Numbered from the stretch's first letter, positions 25,455-41,023 are shown. The stretch is DNA of 64,000 nucleotides from Eledone cirrhosa (GCA_964016885.1 OZ024754.1:4588001-4652000); one strand, 5' to 3'. A program made the numbers and translations. Notes: generated from the letters alone by a model not told the origin.

Positions 25455-26418
25455 TGTATCAGTGTATGTGTTTAAAGATATGCAGATAGATTTATTACCC
25501 TTAAAATTTTCAATGGACAAAATTAGTACAGAATTTTATAACTTTTCCATAACGGATTGGCATTGATATACATTTTTTGTTTCTCTCTCTATATATATGT
25601 ATACACATATATATATATATATAAAATATACATACATATATACATACATATATACATACATACATATATACATACATACCTACATACAGATATACATACA
25701 TAAATACATACATAAATACATACCTACATACATATGTACCTACTTACCTATATACCTATATACATATATACCTAAATACATATACAAGTACCATTTATGA
25801 AAAATCCATGAATGCTAGTCAGGCATGAAGGAAATAATAAAAATCTGACACGCTCACAAACCGAACCATTCCAAGTGTCAAAGAGTTAACAATATAAGAA
25901 TATATGAATAAAATATCGAAACTCTAAAATATGTGAAATTTTATATTTTCTAATGATACATAAACATATATATTATGATATTTATGTAAAAGTATATACA
26001 TATATATATGTGTGTGTGTGTACGTGTGCATGAATTGAAAATCTAAGGTGGAAAAGAGAGAGAGAGATCACTAAAGAGAAATGGAGATTTCTTTTCGTTT
26101 CTGACCAAGTTCAATTGGTTGGAAATCTTTCTGGAAGTATTGAACTTTTCAAAACGATAAATCAATTCAAATGAAGAAAATATATTATATTCCCCACAAA
26201 GACACACACACACACACACATATACATAATTACACATACATATGCATACGCACACATATACATGTATATATTTCAGGAGAAAAAATATGTACGTATGTGT
26301 GTGTGTGTGTCTCATTCTCTCTCTCTCATTCTCTCTTTCTCTCTCTCTCTCATTCCCTCTTTCTCTCTCTCTCTCATTCTCTCTCTCATGCTCTCTCTCT
26401 CTCTCTCTCTCTCCATAA

Positions 26419-26461
<43 letters not shown>

Positions 26462-26696
26462 TTCAATTTGATATTTTTTATCAATACCTTCGGGGTTTGA
26501 TATCTAAGGCAAGTTATGTATACATACATATGTAAGCATATATATGTAGAAACACTAAACACACACACACACCTATGAATATATACGTGAAAGAGTGTAT
26601 GCCTACAGAATAGCAGATTTGGAGCGGGATAGAATTAAATATATACTCTTGGAGCTGGTAAAAAATAGACATAATTACACACACATACACGCACTG

Positions 26697-26763
<67 letters not shown>

Positions 26764-26768
<5 letters not shown>

Positions 26769-26851
26769 TTCTGACGAGATTCCCCTTCTCAATGGAAATC
26801 CGCTTGGATTATCCGTTTATTTTGGGATCCGAAACCGCGCGGTAAAGGCTC
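26764..26851 (+). ncRNA. Type I hammerhead ribozyme motif with extended stem II
   Basis: GAGCCTT-CTGACGA-GATTCC..GGGATCc-GAAA-CCGCGCGG-TA-AAGGCTC. Stem I is 7 bp, stem III is palindromic, and GUA cleavage is predicted after 26844. Confidence 0.78.
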
Positions 26852-26921
26852 ATATAGTAAGTACAGCGAACCTTTTAAAATTTATTTTAAAACTTTCTCT
26901 ATATTTGCGAGACCTTGATTT

Positions 26922-26957
<36 letters not shown>

Positions 26958-27013
26958 AATTAATAAAAATAATGAATAAAAACAAAGAAACAGTTCCTTA
27001 TATTAAAAAATTC

Positions 27014-27148
27014 ATCATTTAAACGATCGTTTCTAGGATATATAAGTGTGTGTTGGTATGTAAATCATATAGATCTATGTAAAATTTTTACAAACTATCA
27101 GAGGGAATATACATACCTACACATATATATGCTGTCTTCAGAAATAAT
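27014..27148 (-). ncRNA. Type I hammerhead motif with about 100-nt stem II, family E (extra base at the cleavage site)
   Basis: ATTATTT-CTGAAGA-cagcatatatatgtgt...GAAA-CGATCG-TT-t-AAATGAT. Paralogous to 49095-49228. Confidence 0.5.
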
Positions 27149-27299
27149 ATATATATATCTGTGTTTGAGTGTGCGTCTCAGTGGTGATCTAGCGCTCGGG
27201 CTGACAATTTCCCATCCATGTGCAGGTTGTTTGTTCAATTGATCAAACAACTGTAACACTCATCGTGGAAACCGACAGTTTCATTCCGTGTGTATGTAT

Positions 27300-27331
<32 letters not shown>

Positions 27332-27533
27332 TTCAATCTTTTCTATATTTCATTTGCCTGTCACCAACCGTGTGGATTGTCTCTCTGTTGACCACTAGCT
27401 CCTGATCTCTGTCTGTCCTGAGGGATTTTTGTCCATCCCTGTCATTGACTGCATTTAGCTGTTTTAACGGCTGATCTAGCGATGAGGTTTCTCATTTTTA
27501 GCGATGAGTGTTCCCGATCAGAAACACCATTTT

Positions 27534-27566
<33 letters not shown>

Positions 27567-27572
27567 GTGTGT

Positions 27573-27722
27573 CTACAAATTAAAATGAAGAATTAGAAAT
27601 AGAAGCCAGGACTATCCATCATCAGTGGTCTACTAGCCGCGAAGAAATACCTATGATGGCTAGTAGACCACTGATGGTGGATAGTCCTGGCTTCTATTTT
27701 GAATTCTTCATTTTAATTTGTA
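27573..27722. mobile_element. Fold-back element containing the 3' part of a rearranged hammerhead
   Basis: About 65-bp inverted arms; gcgaA-GAAA-TACC-tatgat-GGCTAG-TAGACCA-CTGATG(G/A)-T with the same 23-nt spacing. Confidence 0.65.
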
Positions 27723-28078
27723 TATCACATTTGCAACAATACAGCATGCCATTTTTCATTCATATATATATACAAGTGGTTACACAACAGTTAGTTCACC
27801 ATATTGAGAAAAATTGTTTCACCTTAGCGGATCTTCAGCTCGTAATGGACATGGTTCTACCTAACTCGTCTCATGGACTGAGTGCTCGACCACTACGGAT
27901 ATTACCTTCAAGTGTTCTACCACTATATATATATCACATAAGAAACGGAGAATCGGTGGTGATACGAATAAGATTTATTAGACATATTACAATCGTTTCT
28001 CTGGCGACCAGGTCGAGGTACGATCGATGCAATGATCAAACCTGACTCTGAAATCGCAAGAACCTCGGATATGTCTCG

Positions 28079-28122
<44 letters not shown>

Positions 28123-28130
28123 TATACACA

Positions 28131-28268
28131 ACGAAGGAAGTGTGGTAAGTAACCAGGTGGACCATAACGTACCAAAGTACTCGATACTGGGTAGTAGAGT
28201 GAGTAACAGGTAAACGTTCAGACCTAGCTGTCAAAACGGCCGGAGCTCAGCCGTCGGGGTCCTTTCCT
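28131..28268 (-). mobile_element. Family C element, diverged
   Basis: acgaaggaagtgtggtaagtaaccaggtggacc..gtactcgatac..gccgtcggggtcc. Confidence 0.65.
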
Positions 28269-28341
28269 ATATATATATATATATATAAATATTGTTATAC
28301 TTAGGGAGGGTCATATTGTTGTAATAATATTGCCAGAAATA

Positions 28342-28393
<52 letters not shown>

Positions 28394-28395
<2 letters not shown>

Positions 28396-28600
28396 GAACG
28401 AGTAGGACCCCGACGGCTGAGCTCAAGCCGTTTCGACGGCTAATTCTGGACTAAAATATTTTAGTCCAGAATTAGCCGTCGAAACGGCTTGAGCTCAGCC
28501 GTCGGGGTCCTACTCGTTCCTATTACCCACTCTACTACCCTAAGTATTGAGTACTTTGGTGCGTTATGGTCCACCTGGTTCCTTACCACATTTCCTTCGT
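28394..28600 (+). mobile_element. Family C fold-back element
   Basis: Perfect palindrome at 28395-28520; GAAA(28481)-CGGCT tgagctc AGCCG-TC-GGGGTC. TA runs flank both sides. Confidence 0.8.
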
Positions 28601-29007
28601 TATATATATATATATATATATATTTATTCCATCACGTGTTCCATCAGTTTTTTAATGATATTTCTATCATACTATATCTTTTCTAGATATCACATTTTTT
28701 TGCCATTATCCCTCTGTGTATATGAGATATACACAATACAATTTAGCAATCCCTATTATCTCACAACTTTACAGCCATCTACATTTCCCAATCATCTACC
28801 TATTTATCTTGAAAATTTAAAACCGTCTGGCATCCTCTCTCTCTTTTCGGCAGTCACTACATTATCTCCCTTTCCAATTCTTTACTCCAACACTTGCTCT
28901 CTCTCTCTCTCTCTCGCTCTCTCTCTCTCGCTCTCTTTCTCGCTCTCTGTTTCTCTCTCTCTGTATATATCTATATGTATTTACCAATCTTTCTCTCTCT
29001 CACTGTG

Positions 29008-29061
<54 letters not shown>

Positions 29062-29104
29062 TGATATATATATATATATCAAATATACATACACACACAC
29101 ACAC

Positions 29105-29189
<85 letters not shown>

Positions 29190-29420
29190 TGTATCTGTTT
29201 GCCCTTTACTTTTTGTGTCTCTCTAGTTGTTTACTCTTTCATTACAATTCCTTAGACAGACAGTTATCAAAATCATAGAATGGTTTAATATTATCCGATT
29301 ATTGAATTACACCTTTAAAACAAGTCAGATACTGATACGGAACCGAGATTTCCTCTTCAGAGGGATATTTGATGACCAATTCATTTCTTTTGTAGTAAAA
29401 AAATAAAGACGTATAAACCC

Positions 29421-29621
29421 CTATCCCCAAACCCTCACTTTCATATATTTCTTGGTTGGGGTGAATGGGAGGTGGTCTGGATATGTTGTGGTGTTATGTA
29501 GGGTGAGGTTGGGCCGTTCTATCCCCAAACCCTCACTTTCATATATTTTGGGGGTTGGGGTGAATGGGTAGTGGTCTGGATATGTTGTGGTGTTGTGTAG
29601 GGTAAGGTTGGGCCGTTCTAT
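29421..29621. repeat. About 98-bp tandem duplication
   Basis: ctatccccaaaccctcactttcatatattt...ttgggccgtt occurs twice. Confidence 0.85.
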
Positions 29622-29772
29622 TCTCTGCAATCTAAAAGTCGATTGAATTTCTTTAGCCTATTTACGCCGCCCCCAAACATGGATGATCTAAAAGATGTGT
29701 TGACCCCGTTAACAAACAACTAATCCTATAATGTCAGTGAATTTAGGCTGAAGAGTCAACACACACACATAC

Positions 29773-29832
<60 letters not shown>

Positions 29833-29899
29833 GCACACACACACATATATATATACACGCACACACACACACTCACATACATATATATATATACGCACA

Positions 29900-30201
29900 T
29901 ATATGTATATATATATGAATATATACATATGTATATGTATGAATATATACATATGTATATGTATGAATATATACACATGTATATGTATGAATATATACAC
30001 ATTTATATGTATGAATATATACACATGTATATGTATGAATATATACACATGTATATGTATTAATATATATATATATATGTATATATACATATGTATGTAT
30101 ATGTATGAATATATATATATGTATATATACATATGTATGTATATGTATGAATATATATATATATATGTATATATACATATGTATATGTATGAATATATAT
30201 G

Positions 30202-30234
<33 letters not shown>

Positions 30235-31230
30235 GTATATGTATGAATATATATGTATATATATATGTATATGTATGAATATATATGTATGTATATATAT
30301 ATATATGTATGAATATATATGTATGTATATATATATATATGTATGAATATATATGTATATATATATATATATATATATGTATATGTATGAATATATATGT
30401 ATATATATATATATATATGTATATGTATGAATATATATGTATATATATATATATGTATATGTATGAATATATATGTATATATATATATATGTATATGTAT
30501 GAATATATATGTATATATATATATATATGTATATGTATGAATATATATGTATATATATATATATATGTATATGTATGAATATATATGTATATATATATAT
30601 ATATATGTATATGTATGAATATATATGTATATATATATATATATATATATGCATGAATATATATGTATATATACATATATATATATATGTATGAATATAT
30701 ATGTATATATACATATATATATGTATATGTATGAATATATATGTATATATACATATATATATATGTATATGCATGAATATATATGTATATATACATATAT
30801 ATATATGTATATGCATGAATATATATGTATATATACATATATATATATGTATATGCATGAATATATATGTATATATACATATATATATATGTATATAAAT
30901 ATATCTGTATATATATATGTATATGTATGAATATAATATATATGTATATATACATATATATATATGTGTATATATATATATATGTATGAATATATATGTA
31001 TGTATACATATATATATGTATATATATATATGTGTATATATATATATATGTATGAATATATATGTATGTATACATATATATATGTATATATATATATATA
31101 TGTATACATATATATATGTATATATATATATATATGTATACATATATATATGTATATATATGTATATATGTATATATACATATATATATATATGTATATA
31201 TATATGTATGTATGAATATATACATGAACA
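29900..31230. repeat. TA-rich compound minisatellite
   Basis: gtatatgtatgaatatatat units with variable TA runs. Confidence 0.9.
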
Positions 31231-31467
31231 TATATCTGTATGAGTGTGTTTTTATATATATATATATACACATAAACACACACACACATACACATACATC
31301 CACATACAAACATCATACAGCTTCCACGTATTTCATTAGTCTGGGAGAAGTGGTTTTTTTTTCATCTCCAGAAATTGAAATCAGATTTTAAAAAATTGAA
31401 GTCGCATTTATCTTTTTTTTTGTATTTTTATTCCACATATTATTGACTCATTTTTATGATCTGTGTG

Positions 31468-31498
<31 letters not shown>

Positions 31499-31676
31499 AT
31501 ATATATATATGTGTGTATGTGCGTGTAGTCATTTTCATTTCCGTTTCTTCTCATTCTTGTTTTCGCTCTCATGTCCAAATATCCTATTTTTTTTATTTTA
31601 TATATATATATAATATATATGTATATATATATATATAATATATGTGTATATATATATATATAATATATGTGTATAT

Positions 31677-31725
<49 letters not shown>

Positions 31726-31870
31726 ATTTTCTATTTCTGATTTTATTTGAATCTAATCTGATTAATTCTTTAGCCAATTATATTCTTCTATATGCGACCA
31801 TTCTATAGGCAACTAAAAGCTTTTATAGTTAACTTTTTTTTTTCGTCTCTTCATTTTCGTTCTCTCTCTC

Positions 31871-31949
<79 letters not shown>

Positions 31950-31950
31950 C

Positions 31951-31986
<36 letters not shown>

Positions 31987-32813
31987 GTTCTCTCTCTCTC
32001 TCTCTCTCTCTTATTTAAAGCCCGATGGAACAATGCCGCCTTTGGCTAAGGACGCAACGATGAGCCCTCAAAATATGTCTCTTTTCAATGATAATATTCC
32101 ATTTAATTATGGAAGATGAAAAACAGAAAATAATGATGTAGTCTTCTCTACATTAAAGAAGGGTATAAAAAAAAAATATAACAGACTCTTCGCAGAAGAA
32201 TTCCTATATTATTATTTTTTTTTTTTTATATAATTACTAAAGAATTTGTCGTTGCTATTCACGAAAGTTATATCAAAGAATACACACAAGACTCCGTCCA
32301 TCTCTTCTCACCTTCTCTTTTATTATATATATAGTTATTTTTGTTCTTTATTATTATTATTATTAGAAATTCTCTTTTTTAAGAAAGGGGACCTTGAAAA
32401 ACAACGACTTCGTTAACTACGTCCCGGATGAGATCACTGCGCATGACTGAACTGCTATTTGGCTTCCTCTAGCAAAAGAGTAGTATGGATGCCATGTTTT
32501 TAGGGTGTTTTTTTTTTTGTTGTTGTTGTTTTTTTTGTATTTTTTCATCTTTCTTTCCTAAAAGATAAGACGAAAAAATATTTATTATCAAAAACCTATA
32601 GAGACATTGTAAAGAATATAATTATTGGTGAAAAGATAGAAAGGTCAGGGAAAACTGATAATTTTCCTTCTAGGAATTTAGACTCTTCCAATACACGAAG
32701 TCTAATGAGAAACATTTTTAGCTCGATGATCATGTGTACAACAATCCGTAAAAAAGAAGTCTCTATCTATCTATCTCTATATATATATATTTATATATGC
32801 ACATACATATGTG

Positions 32814-32873
<60 letters not shown>

Positions 32874-32995
32874 TACATATGTGTGTGTATATATATATAT
32901 ATATATATACACACACATACATGTGTATGTATATCTATATAATATAAATACATATATGTACATGTTTATATCTATATAGTATAAATATATGTATA

Positions 32996-33033
<38 letters not shown>

Positions 33034-33872
33034 AAAATGTTTGACCCCGACGGCAGGGCTCAAGCCGTTTCGACGGCTATTTCTATTGAGTCCAGAAATA
33101 GCCGTCGAAACATATATGTATGTATATCTATATAATATGTATATGTTTGTGTGTGTGTGTATATATATATATACTCTTTTACTCTTTTACCTGTTCCAGC
33201 CATCCGGCTGAGGCCATGCTGGAGCACTGCCCTTGTATATATATATATATATATTTGTGTGGTTGTGTGTCCAATCATCTCCTCCAATAAGGATTTAGGC
33301 GTCTCTTTCTACATGTCATTAAATTCTTATCTCTTTTTGTGAACAATAGTTTTATGTAAATATCGCCTGCTTCTCCGCTAGCACCACAGTCCAGATTCCG
33401 AATATTTTACATTTCTAGTTCTTTTAATTGATTATGGAAAGATATGTATAATAATTGTGAGGATCAGATGTAGATATTCATAATTCCTTTTATTCATCAT
33501 CTGTTGTAATGCATATTTCTCTGGCATTAATAACTGTATAATGCTGCTGTCACGCAACCACTACCACGATCTCATCAAACAGCATCGTAGGTAATAAGGT
33601 TATTGTATAATATTTCTAATGTAGTACAGGCTATCGATGTGAAGGCTGAGCAATTAGATGTTGGTATTAGAAAATCCCCGACCTTAGAAATGTTATATAG
33701 CAAGCTTATTACATAAGATGTTGTCTGATGAATTCGTGTTGGTAGTTGCATGATAGCAACATTAGGCAACTATTAACGTCACAGAAATATGTATTATGGC
33801 AGATTATGAATAAAATGAATTATGAATATCTACATTTCACCTTCACAGTGATCATTATTGTATGTATACCCC

Positions 33873-34058
33873 GGTGGATTGGCAGTATCGGTGGAGGGTC
33901 GGACGCCATGCTTTCCAGCATAGTTACGTCCCTTTACGATCTGAGTTCAAATCCCGCCGAGGTTGACTTTGCCTTTCATCCTTACGGGGTCGATAAAATA
34001 AAGTACCAGTAATGCACTGGGTAATTGCTGGCCTTGTGCCTAAAGTAGAAACAATTAT
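33873..34058 (+). mobile_element. tRNA-derived SINE with apparent target-site duplication
   Basis: Near-consensus copy; attattgtatgtatacccc occurs on both sides (about 33854 and 34053). Confidence 0.9.
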
Positions 34059-34236
34059 TGTATGTATACCCCGCCATGGATACGAAATCGTATTTGGAAG
34101 GATACAAATGACGTTGAGTGCTTGAACCTAATTGCATCATTATTTACAGATTGGAGTGTTACATATGCTACCCTGGTCAGTCAACATTTCACAACACAAG
34201 TATGTGTATATGTATGTGTGTATATATATATATATA

Positions 34237-34502
34237 TATTGTTATACTTTGGGAGGGTCATGTTGCCAATAAGAAACACACGCACCAGATGCTTTCACTT
34301 CAATTTATTATATATTTATAAATTTACAAATCTACAAACTTATAAATTTCTGGTTGGTTGGTTGGTTCCACAACCAGATAGTTGTTTATATATATAGCCA
34401 TAGTGAAAGCAACTGGTGCGTGTGTTTCTTATTGGCAACATGACCCTCCCAAAGTATAACAATATCGGTTTCAACACACGATTTCAGATAAAGAATCTTG
34501 CT
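34237..34502. mobile_element. (TA)n-associated fold-back element family
   Basis: attgttatactttgggagggtcatgttgccaataagaaacacacgcacca is inverted at 34414-34464. Related copies lie near 28290, 58155-58455 and 63020-63055. Confidence 0.65.
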
Positions 34503-34519
34503 AAACAAATTCAGAAACG

Positions 34520-34572
<53 letters not shown>

Positions 34573-34647
34573 GAGAGAGAGAGAGAGGGGAATTATTGTC
34601 AACGAATTTATGTTGGTTTGTATTTCAGCATATTTAAACACAGATAC

Positions 34648-34683
<36 letters not shown>

Positions 34684-34838
34684 ATGTATGTATGTATGTA
34701 TGCGTGCGCGCGCGCGCGTGTTTACATTCTATATATTCTACATTGTTACATTTCAGACACATCAAACCCTGTAATTTGGATGCAATCATCATTCTCCGGA
34801 TAATATACAAGTAGACTGGTCTTACTTCATATTGGCTG

Positions 34839-35689
<851 letters not shown>

Positions 35690-36171
35690 ATTTGAGTTTA
35701 TTTATATATTTCTGAAAGCATGTTTCTGTGCGTGATTCTACATGCGGTCGTAGATATCGGAACGGTAATTTCTGTCCATAATTACGTGTGAATATCCATT
35801 TATGCATCTATTTGCATAGATATAATTATTTACTTGCTGTATTTTCTATTGCATTGCATTCTTGCTAAAACCTGGTCTTACAACTTAACAGAACCATCGG
35901 TCTTCTAATAGATAATATACACCAATAATATATGCCCACAATAGAATTGGCTGATTTGCTGCAAGATTCCATCTCTTCAGTAATTGTATATTTCTGAATT
36001 CCAATTCGGGTTTGTATCAGTTTAACCTAAATCAGTCCTTTACATAGAACTACATGTTTATCTAACCATGTTAGATATCCTGAATTGTATATGTACATCT
36101 TGGTTTAAAGGTTAGTGTCGTGCTTGCCATAATAAGATCGTTAGTTCGACTCCCAGACTATTTGATCCATA

Positions 36172-36400
36172 GAATCATACTATGGTTATGTGGTTAGAAT
36201 GTCTCAGGAAAGAATCGCTGGACAGATTTTATGGCCAAAACCAACCGACAGGAGACCCAGGGGTAGATCCCGATCAATATGGTTCAATGAGCTTGGCTGG
36301 TCGCACTTGGGGATCCAGCGGGATCAGTTAGAGACGGTTTCTTCTAACAGGACCGCCGGAAGGAATTTTTGAGGACTCTGTCCCTACGACCTTCTCAGGA
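36172..36400 (+). mobile_element. Decayed RTE-type LINE 3' end fragment
   Basis: GYVVRMSQERIAGQILWPKPTDRRPRGRSRSIW..LGWSHLGI resembles the RTE C-terminal GHV.RM...R.P.G.RPRGRP..RW motif. Confidence 0.65.
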
Positions 36401-37514
36401 ATAAGCAGTTCATTTGAGGTTACTAGGCTCCATTCAGATGAAATGTGTACTATAGGTAGATAACGGTTTAGTTCTACAACGGATTGGAGCCTCGTCCAGA
36501 AATGAACCCTGTTTTCTCTGTCAATCAATTCACTGAAACTTGGATAATCTCTGAGATTTGTCCATTCTCTACAAAGCATGGAAAAACGGACATAAAACAA
36601 TAACAGAGATTCTAAAAGGTTTTCAAATCTAACCCTTATCAAATATTCCTTGAGGGGATCGTAGTCGTCTCCGGTTCTTTCGAGCCATATAAAAGTTATA
36701 TATATATATATATGTATATATGTATATACTATAAATTATGTCCATAGAATCATTTGATAATATATATACACCATCTCCTCTCCCAATTAGCATAATCAAC
36801 CACACAAAAAAAAACAATTAAACCAGGCTATAAGATTAAAAGGAACGAAAGGAAAAAAAGAAAAGGGCAGACCATCAGATCATGGAAACTATCTAACGGT
36901 CACACTTCCTGGTGGATGAAGGTGAGTTTGAACTCAGAACTTACAAAGTTGAATTAGTTACCGTTGTCTACCGTTAAACTCTTTAACAATTCTACCAATC
37001 GTCATTTACCGACTTTCAAAAGGATGAAAGACAAATTAGAAATCGAATGTGAAGATTAACATTCTACATATGCCAGGTGGAAAATCTTCAAACAGCTGAG
37101 ACTATCTTTACAATTTCAAGGCCAAAATTACCTTTGTGACTGTTCAAATCCTAAGAAGAAAGTAAGGAAAATAACTCTAATAGTTTGAGCAGATGCAAAT
37201 TTTTTTAAACATTTTTACTCAATGAAGTAGCAGTAGATCGTTTTTTAGTTCCAGTTTCATAAATTCTACGAACATCTTTCGACCTCAAAAGATCTCCTCA
37301 GCGAAGTATATTTACTTAGCAAGATGACCTAACTAGAACAGTCATGTATCTTTCGGAAATGGGAGAGGACTATTGTGAGGGCAGAATCTATTATATAAGC
37401 TTCTACTTTATAGCAATAATTATTTTTTCCCGCTGGTTGTGGTGGTGGTCTTGGTGGTCTTGGTGGTGGTGGTGGGTGAGTCTACAGTGAATGTGTTTTC
37501 GTAGGAAAAGAAGC

Positions 37515-37553
<39 letters not shown>

Positions 37554-38109
37554 GAACTTATATATATATATATATGAACTTAAATAAACTTAGGTTTCGT
37601 TCAGCGTTTGTCCAGACCATGTCTAACTTAATAGCACCACACACACACACATTCATACACACATACATGCCAGTATATGTATGTGTGTGTGTGGGTGTGT
37701 GGGTGTGCGTGAAGGGTGTTGTTGTGTAAGGGAGAGAGAAAAAAAAAATGAATGTAATTCGAATGATGTCCATCTCTCTCTCCATTTATCTGAACAACGT
37801 TGCTTGCAATGAATTATAAGAAAAGATAATAGCGCTGACGGTCGTTGATATGGTATGACCGGGAGCTGTAAAATAGCCTCTGACACGTGACTCGGTCACG
37901 TGAGTCGGCCAACAACAACTGCCGCAAACGGCTGCACTGTGGACAGGGTGCAGCGTAACCGAGGCGTGTGGGATTGCAGAGGGTGCAGCAGACGACAGAG
38001 AGAGAGGCCAAGAATATGTGGGGTTTGAGAAACTAGACCTGCTGTTACGGGATTTCACCAACTGAAAACACCTTCTGTCCATTTTCACCGAGTGCCGAAA
38101 ATATATATA

Positions 38110-38469
38110 TATATGTATATATATATGTGTGTGTGTGTGTGTATGTGTATGTATGTATATGTGTATGTATGTATATGTATGTATGTATATGTATGTATGT
38201 GTGTATGTATGTATGTATATGTATGTATGTATGTATATGTATGTATGTATATGTATGTATATGTATGTATCAATATGTATGTATATGTATGTATGTATGT
38301 ATGTATATGTATGTATGTATGTGTATGTATGTATGTATATATGTATGTATGTATATGTATATATGTATATGTATGTATGTATGTATGTGTATGTATGTAT
38401 ATGTATGTATGTATGTATGTATATGTATGTATGTGTATGTATGTGTATGTATGTATATGTATGTATATA

Positions 38470-38508
<39 letters not shown>

Positions 38509-38631
38509 GTATATATGTATGTATATATATATGTATATATATATATGTATATATATGTATATATATATATGTATATATATATGTATATATATGTGTATAT
38601 ATATGTATATATATATGTATATGTATGTATG

Positions 38632-38665
<34 letters not shown>

Positions 38666-39001
38666 TGTATGTATGTATATATATATGTATGTATGTATGT
38701 ATATATGTATGTATGTATGTATGTATATATATATGTATGTATGTATATATATATGTATGTATGTATATATATATGTATGTATATATGTATGTATGTATAT
38801 ATATATGTATGTATGTATGTATATATATATGTATGTATGTATATATATATGTATGTATGTATATATATATATGTATATATATATGTATATATGTATATAT
38901 ATATGTATGTATGTATGTATATATGTATATATATATGTATGTATGTATATATATATGTATGTATGTATATATGTATGTATATATGTATGTATATATGTAT
39001 G

Positions 39002-39036
<35 letters not shown>

Positions 39037-39052
39037 GTATATATATATATAT
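38110..39052. repeat. (TATG)n/(TA)n compound microsatellite
   Basis: Seen directly in the sequence. Confidence 0.95.
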
Positions 39053-39214
39053 ACAAGGCAGAATCTGACAGGGAAAACCTGAGACGAAGATAAGAGAGAA
39101 GGGGAATGAGATGATGTAAAAGAGAATAGTTGGATAAATGGAGAGATTCGTGTGTGTGTGTGTGTGTGTGTGTGTAGCTACGTGAGAGTCAGTATGTGGT
39201 TGTGAGTGTGTGTG

Positions 39215-39708
39215 TGTATGGCTGTTTGAAAGTGTATGTGGCTGTGGGGGATTGTGTGTGTGTGTATGTGTGGCTGTTTGAAAGTGTATGTGGCTGTGAG
39301 GGATTGTGTGTGTGTGTGTGACTGTTTGAAAGTGTATGTGGCTGTGAGGGATTGTGTGTGCGTGTGTTTGAAAGTGTATGTGGCTGTGAGGGATTGTGTG
39401 TGTGTGTGTGTGTGTGTTTGAAAGTGTATGTGGCTGTGAGGGATTGTGTATGTGTTTGAAAGTGTATGTGGCTGTGAGGGATTGTGTGTGTGTGTATGTT
39501 TGAAAGTGTATGTGGCTGTGAGGGATTGTGTGTGTGTGTATGTTTGAAAGTGTATGTGGCTGTGAGGGATTGTGTGTGTGTATGTGTGGCCGTTTGAAAG
39601 TGTATGTGGCTGTGAGGGATTGTGTGTGTGTATGTGTGGCCGTTTGAAAGTGTATGTGGCTGTGGGGGATTGTGTGTGTGTATGTGTGGCTGTTTGAAAG
39701 TGTATGTG
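39215..39708. repeat. About 40-bp minisatellite, about 12 copies
   Basis: gtttgaaagtgtatgtggctgtgagggattgtgtgtg units. Confidence 0.9.
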
Positions 39709-40926
39709 CCCGCACACCAACACACCTACACACACACAATCACTCACACCAACACTCACTCACACCAACACACACACGCACTCACACAAACACACACATA
39801 CACACACACACATACACACACACACACTCACACCAACACACACACACACCAACATGTGCCCGCACACCAACACACCTACACACACACACTCACTCACACC
39901 AACACACACACACTCTCACACCAACACACACACACACACACACACCAACATGTGCCCGCACACCAACACACACTCACACCGACACACACACACACTCACT
40001 CACGCCAACACTCACTCACACCAACACACACACACACGCTCACACCAACACACACACACACACATACACACACACCAACATGTGCCCGCACACCAACACA
40101 CACTCACACCGACACACACACACACTCACTCACGCCAACACTCACTCACACCAACACACACTCACACCAACACACACACACACACACACACACACCAACA
40201 TGTGCCCGCACACCAACACACAAACTGCAGATCGCAGAGGGACAATAAATTTTGTTACATTTTTGCAAATTCAATGAGATGTGAATGAAACCTTTTGTCA
40301 ACGGTTCAAGATTTCCCGCATCATTATATGTCATTGTAATAGCTGTTGTTGTTGTTGTTGCTATTGTAGTAGTTGTTGCAGAGGTCTTTCCTGTTGTTGT
40401 TGTTGTTGCAGAGGTCTTTGTTGCTGTTGTTGTTGTTGCTGTTGTTGTTGTTGTTGTGATCTTTGCTGTTATTATTGTAGTTGTTGTTGCAGAGGTCTTT
40501 ATTGTTGTTAGTATAGTTGTTGTAGTGATCTTTGGTGGTGTTGTTGTTATTTTAGGCCACTTTATTATTGTTGTAGTAGTCTTTATTATTGTTGTTATTG
40601 TTGTTGCTCTTGATGTATCTCACTTTCTTGTTGTTGTTATATTTCTCGTTGTAGTGGTCTTTCTCTTTGTTGTTATTGTGGTAGCTGTCGCTCATTTTAT
40701 AGAGATATTTGGTGTTGTTGTTGTTGTTAGTGGTGGTAGTGATCGCCGTCGTGCTCATTGTTGTTGTTGTCGCTGCTGTTGTTGTTAGAGTTGCTGTTCT
40801 CTTGTGCTTTTCTTCGCACAATGGTCTCACTTCACTGTGGTGATTGCAAGACAATCACCAATGACAGCATATCTTTGTGTTAAGGCAATCAGATTTATCT
40901 ATTTATATATATTTATATGCATTTAC

Positions 40927-40992
<66 letters not shown>

Positions 40993-41023
40993 AACCAAAA
41001 TCTGAAGATAACTCGATGAGGAT

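Noticed and set aside
29325-29365. Minus-strand CTGAAGA-GGAA..TTCC hammerhead-like start
   Set aside because: GAAA is replaced by GTAT and no stem I or III closure is visible.
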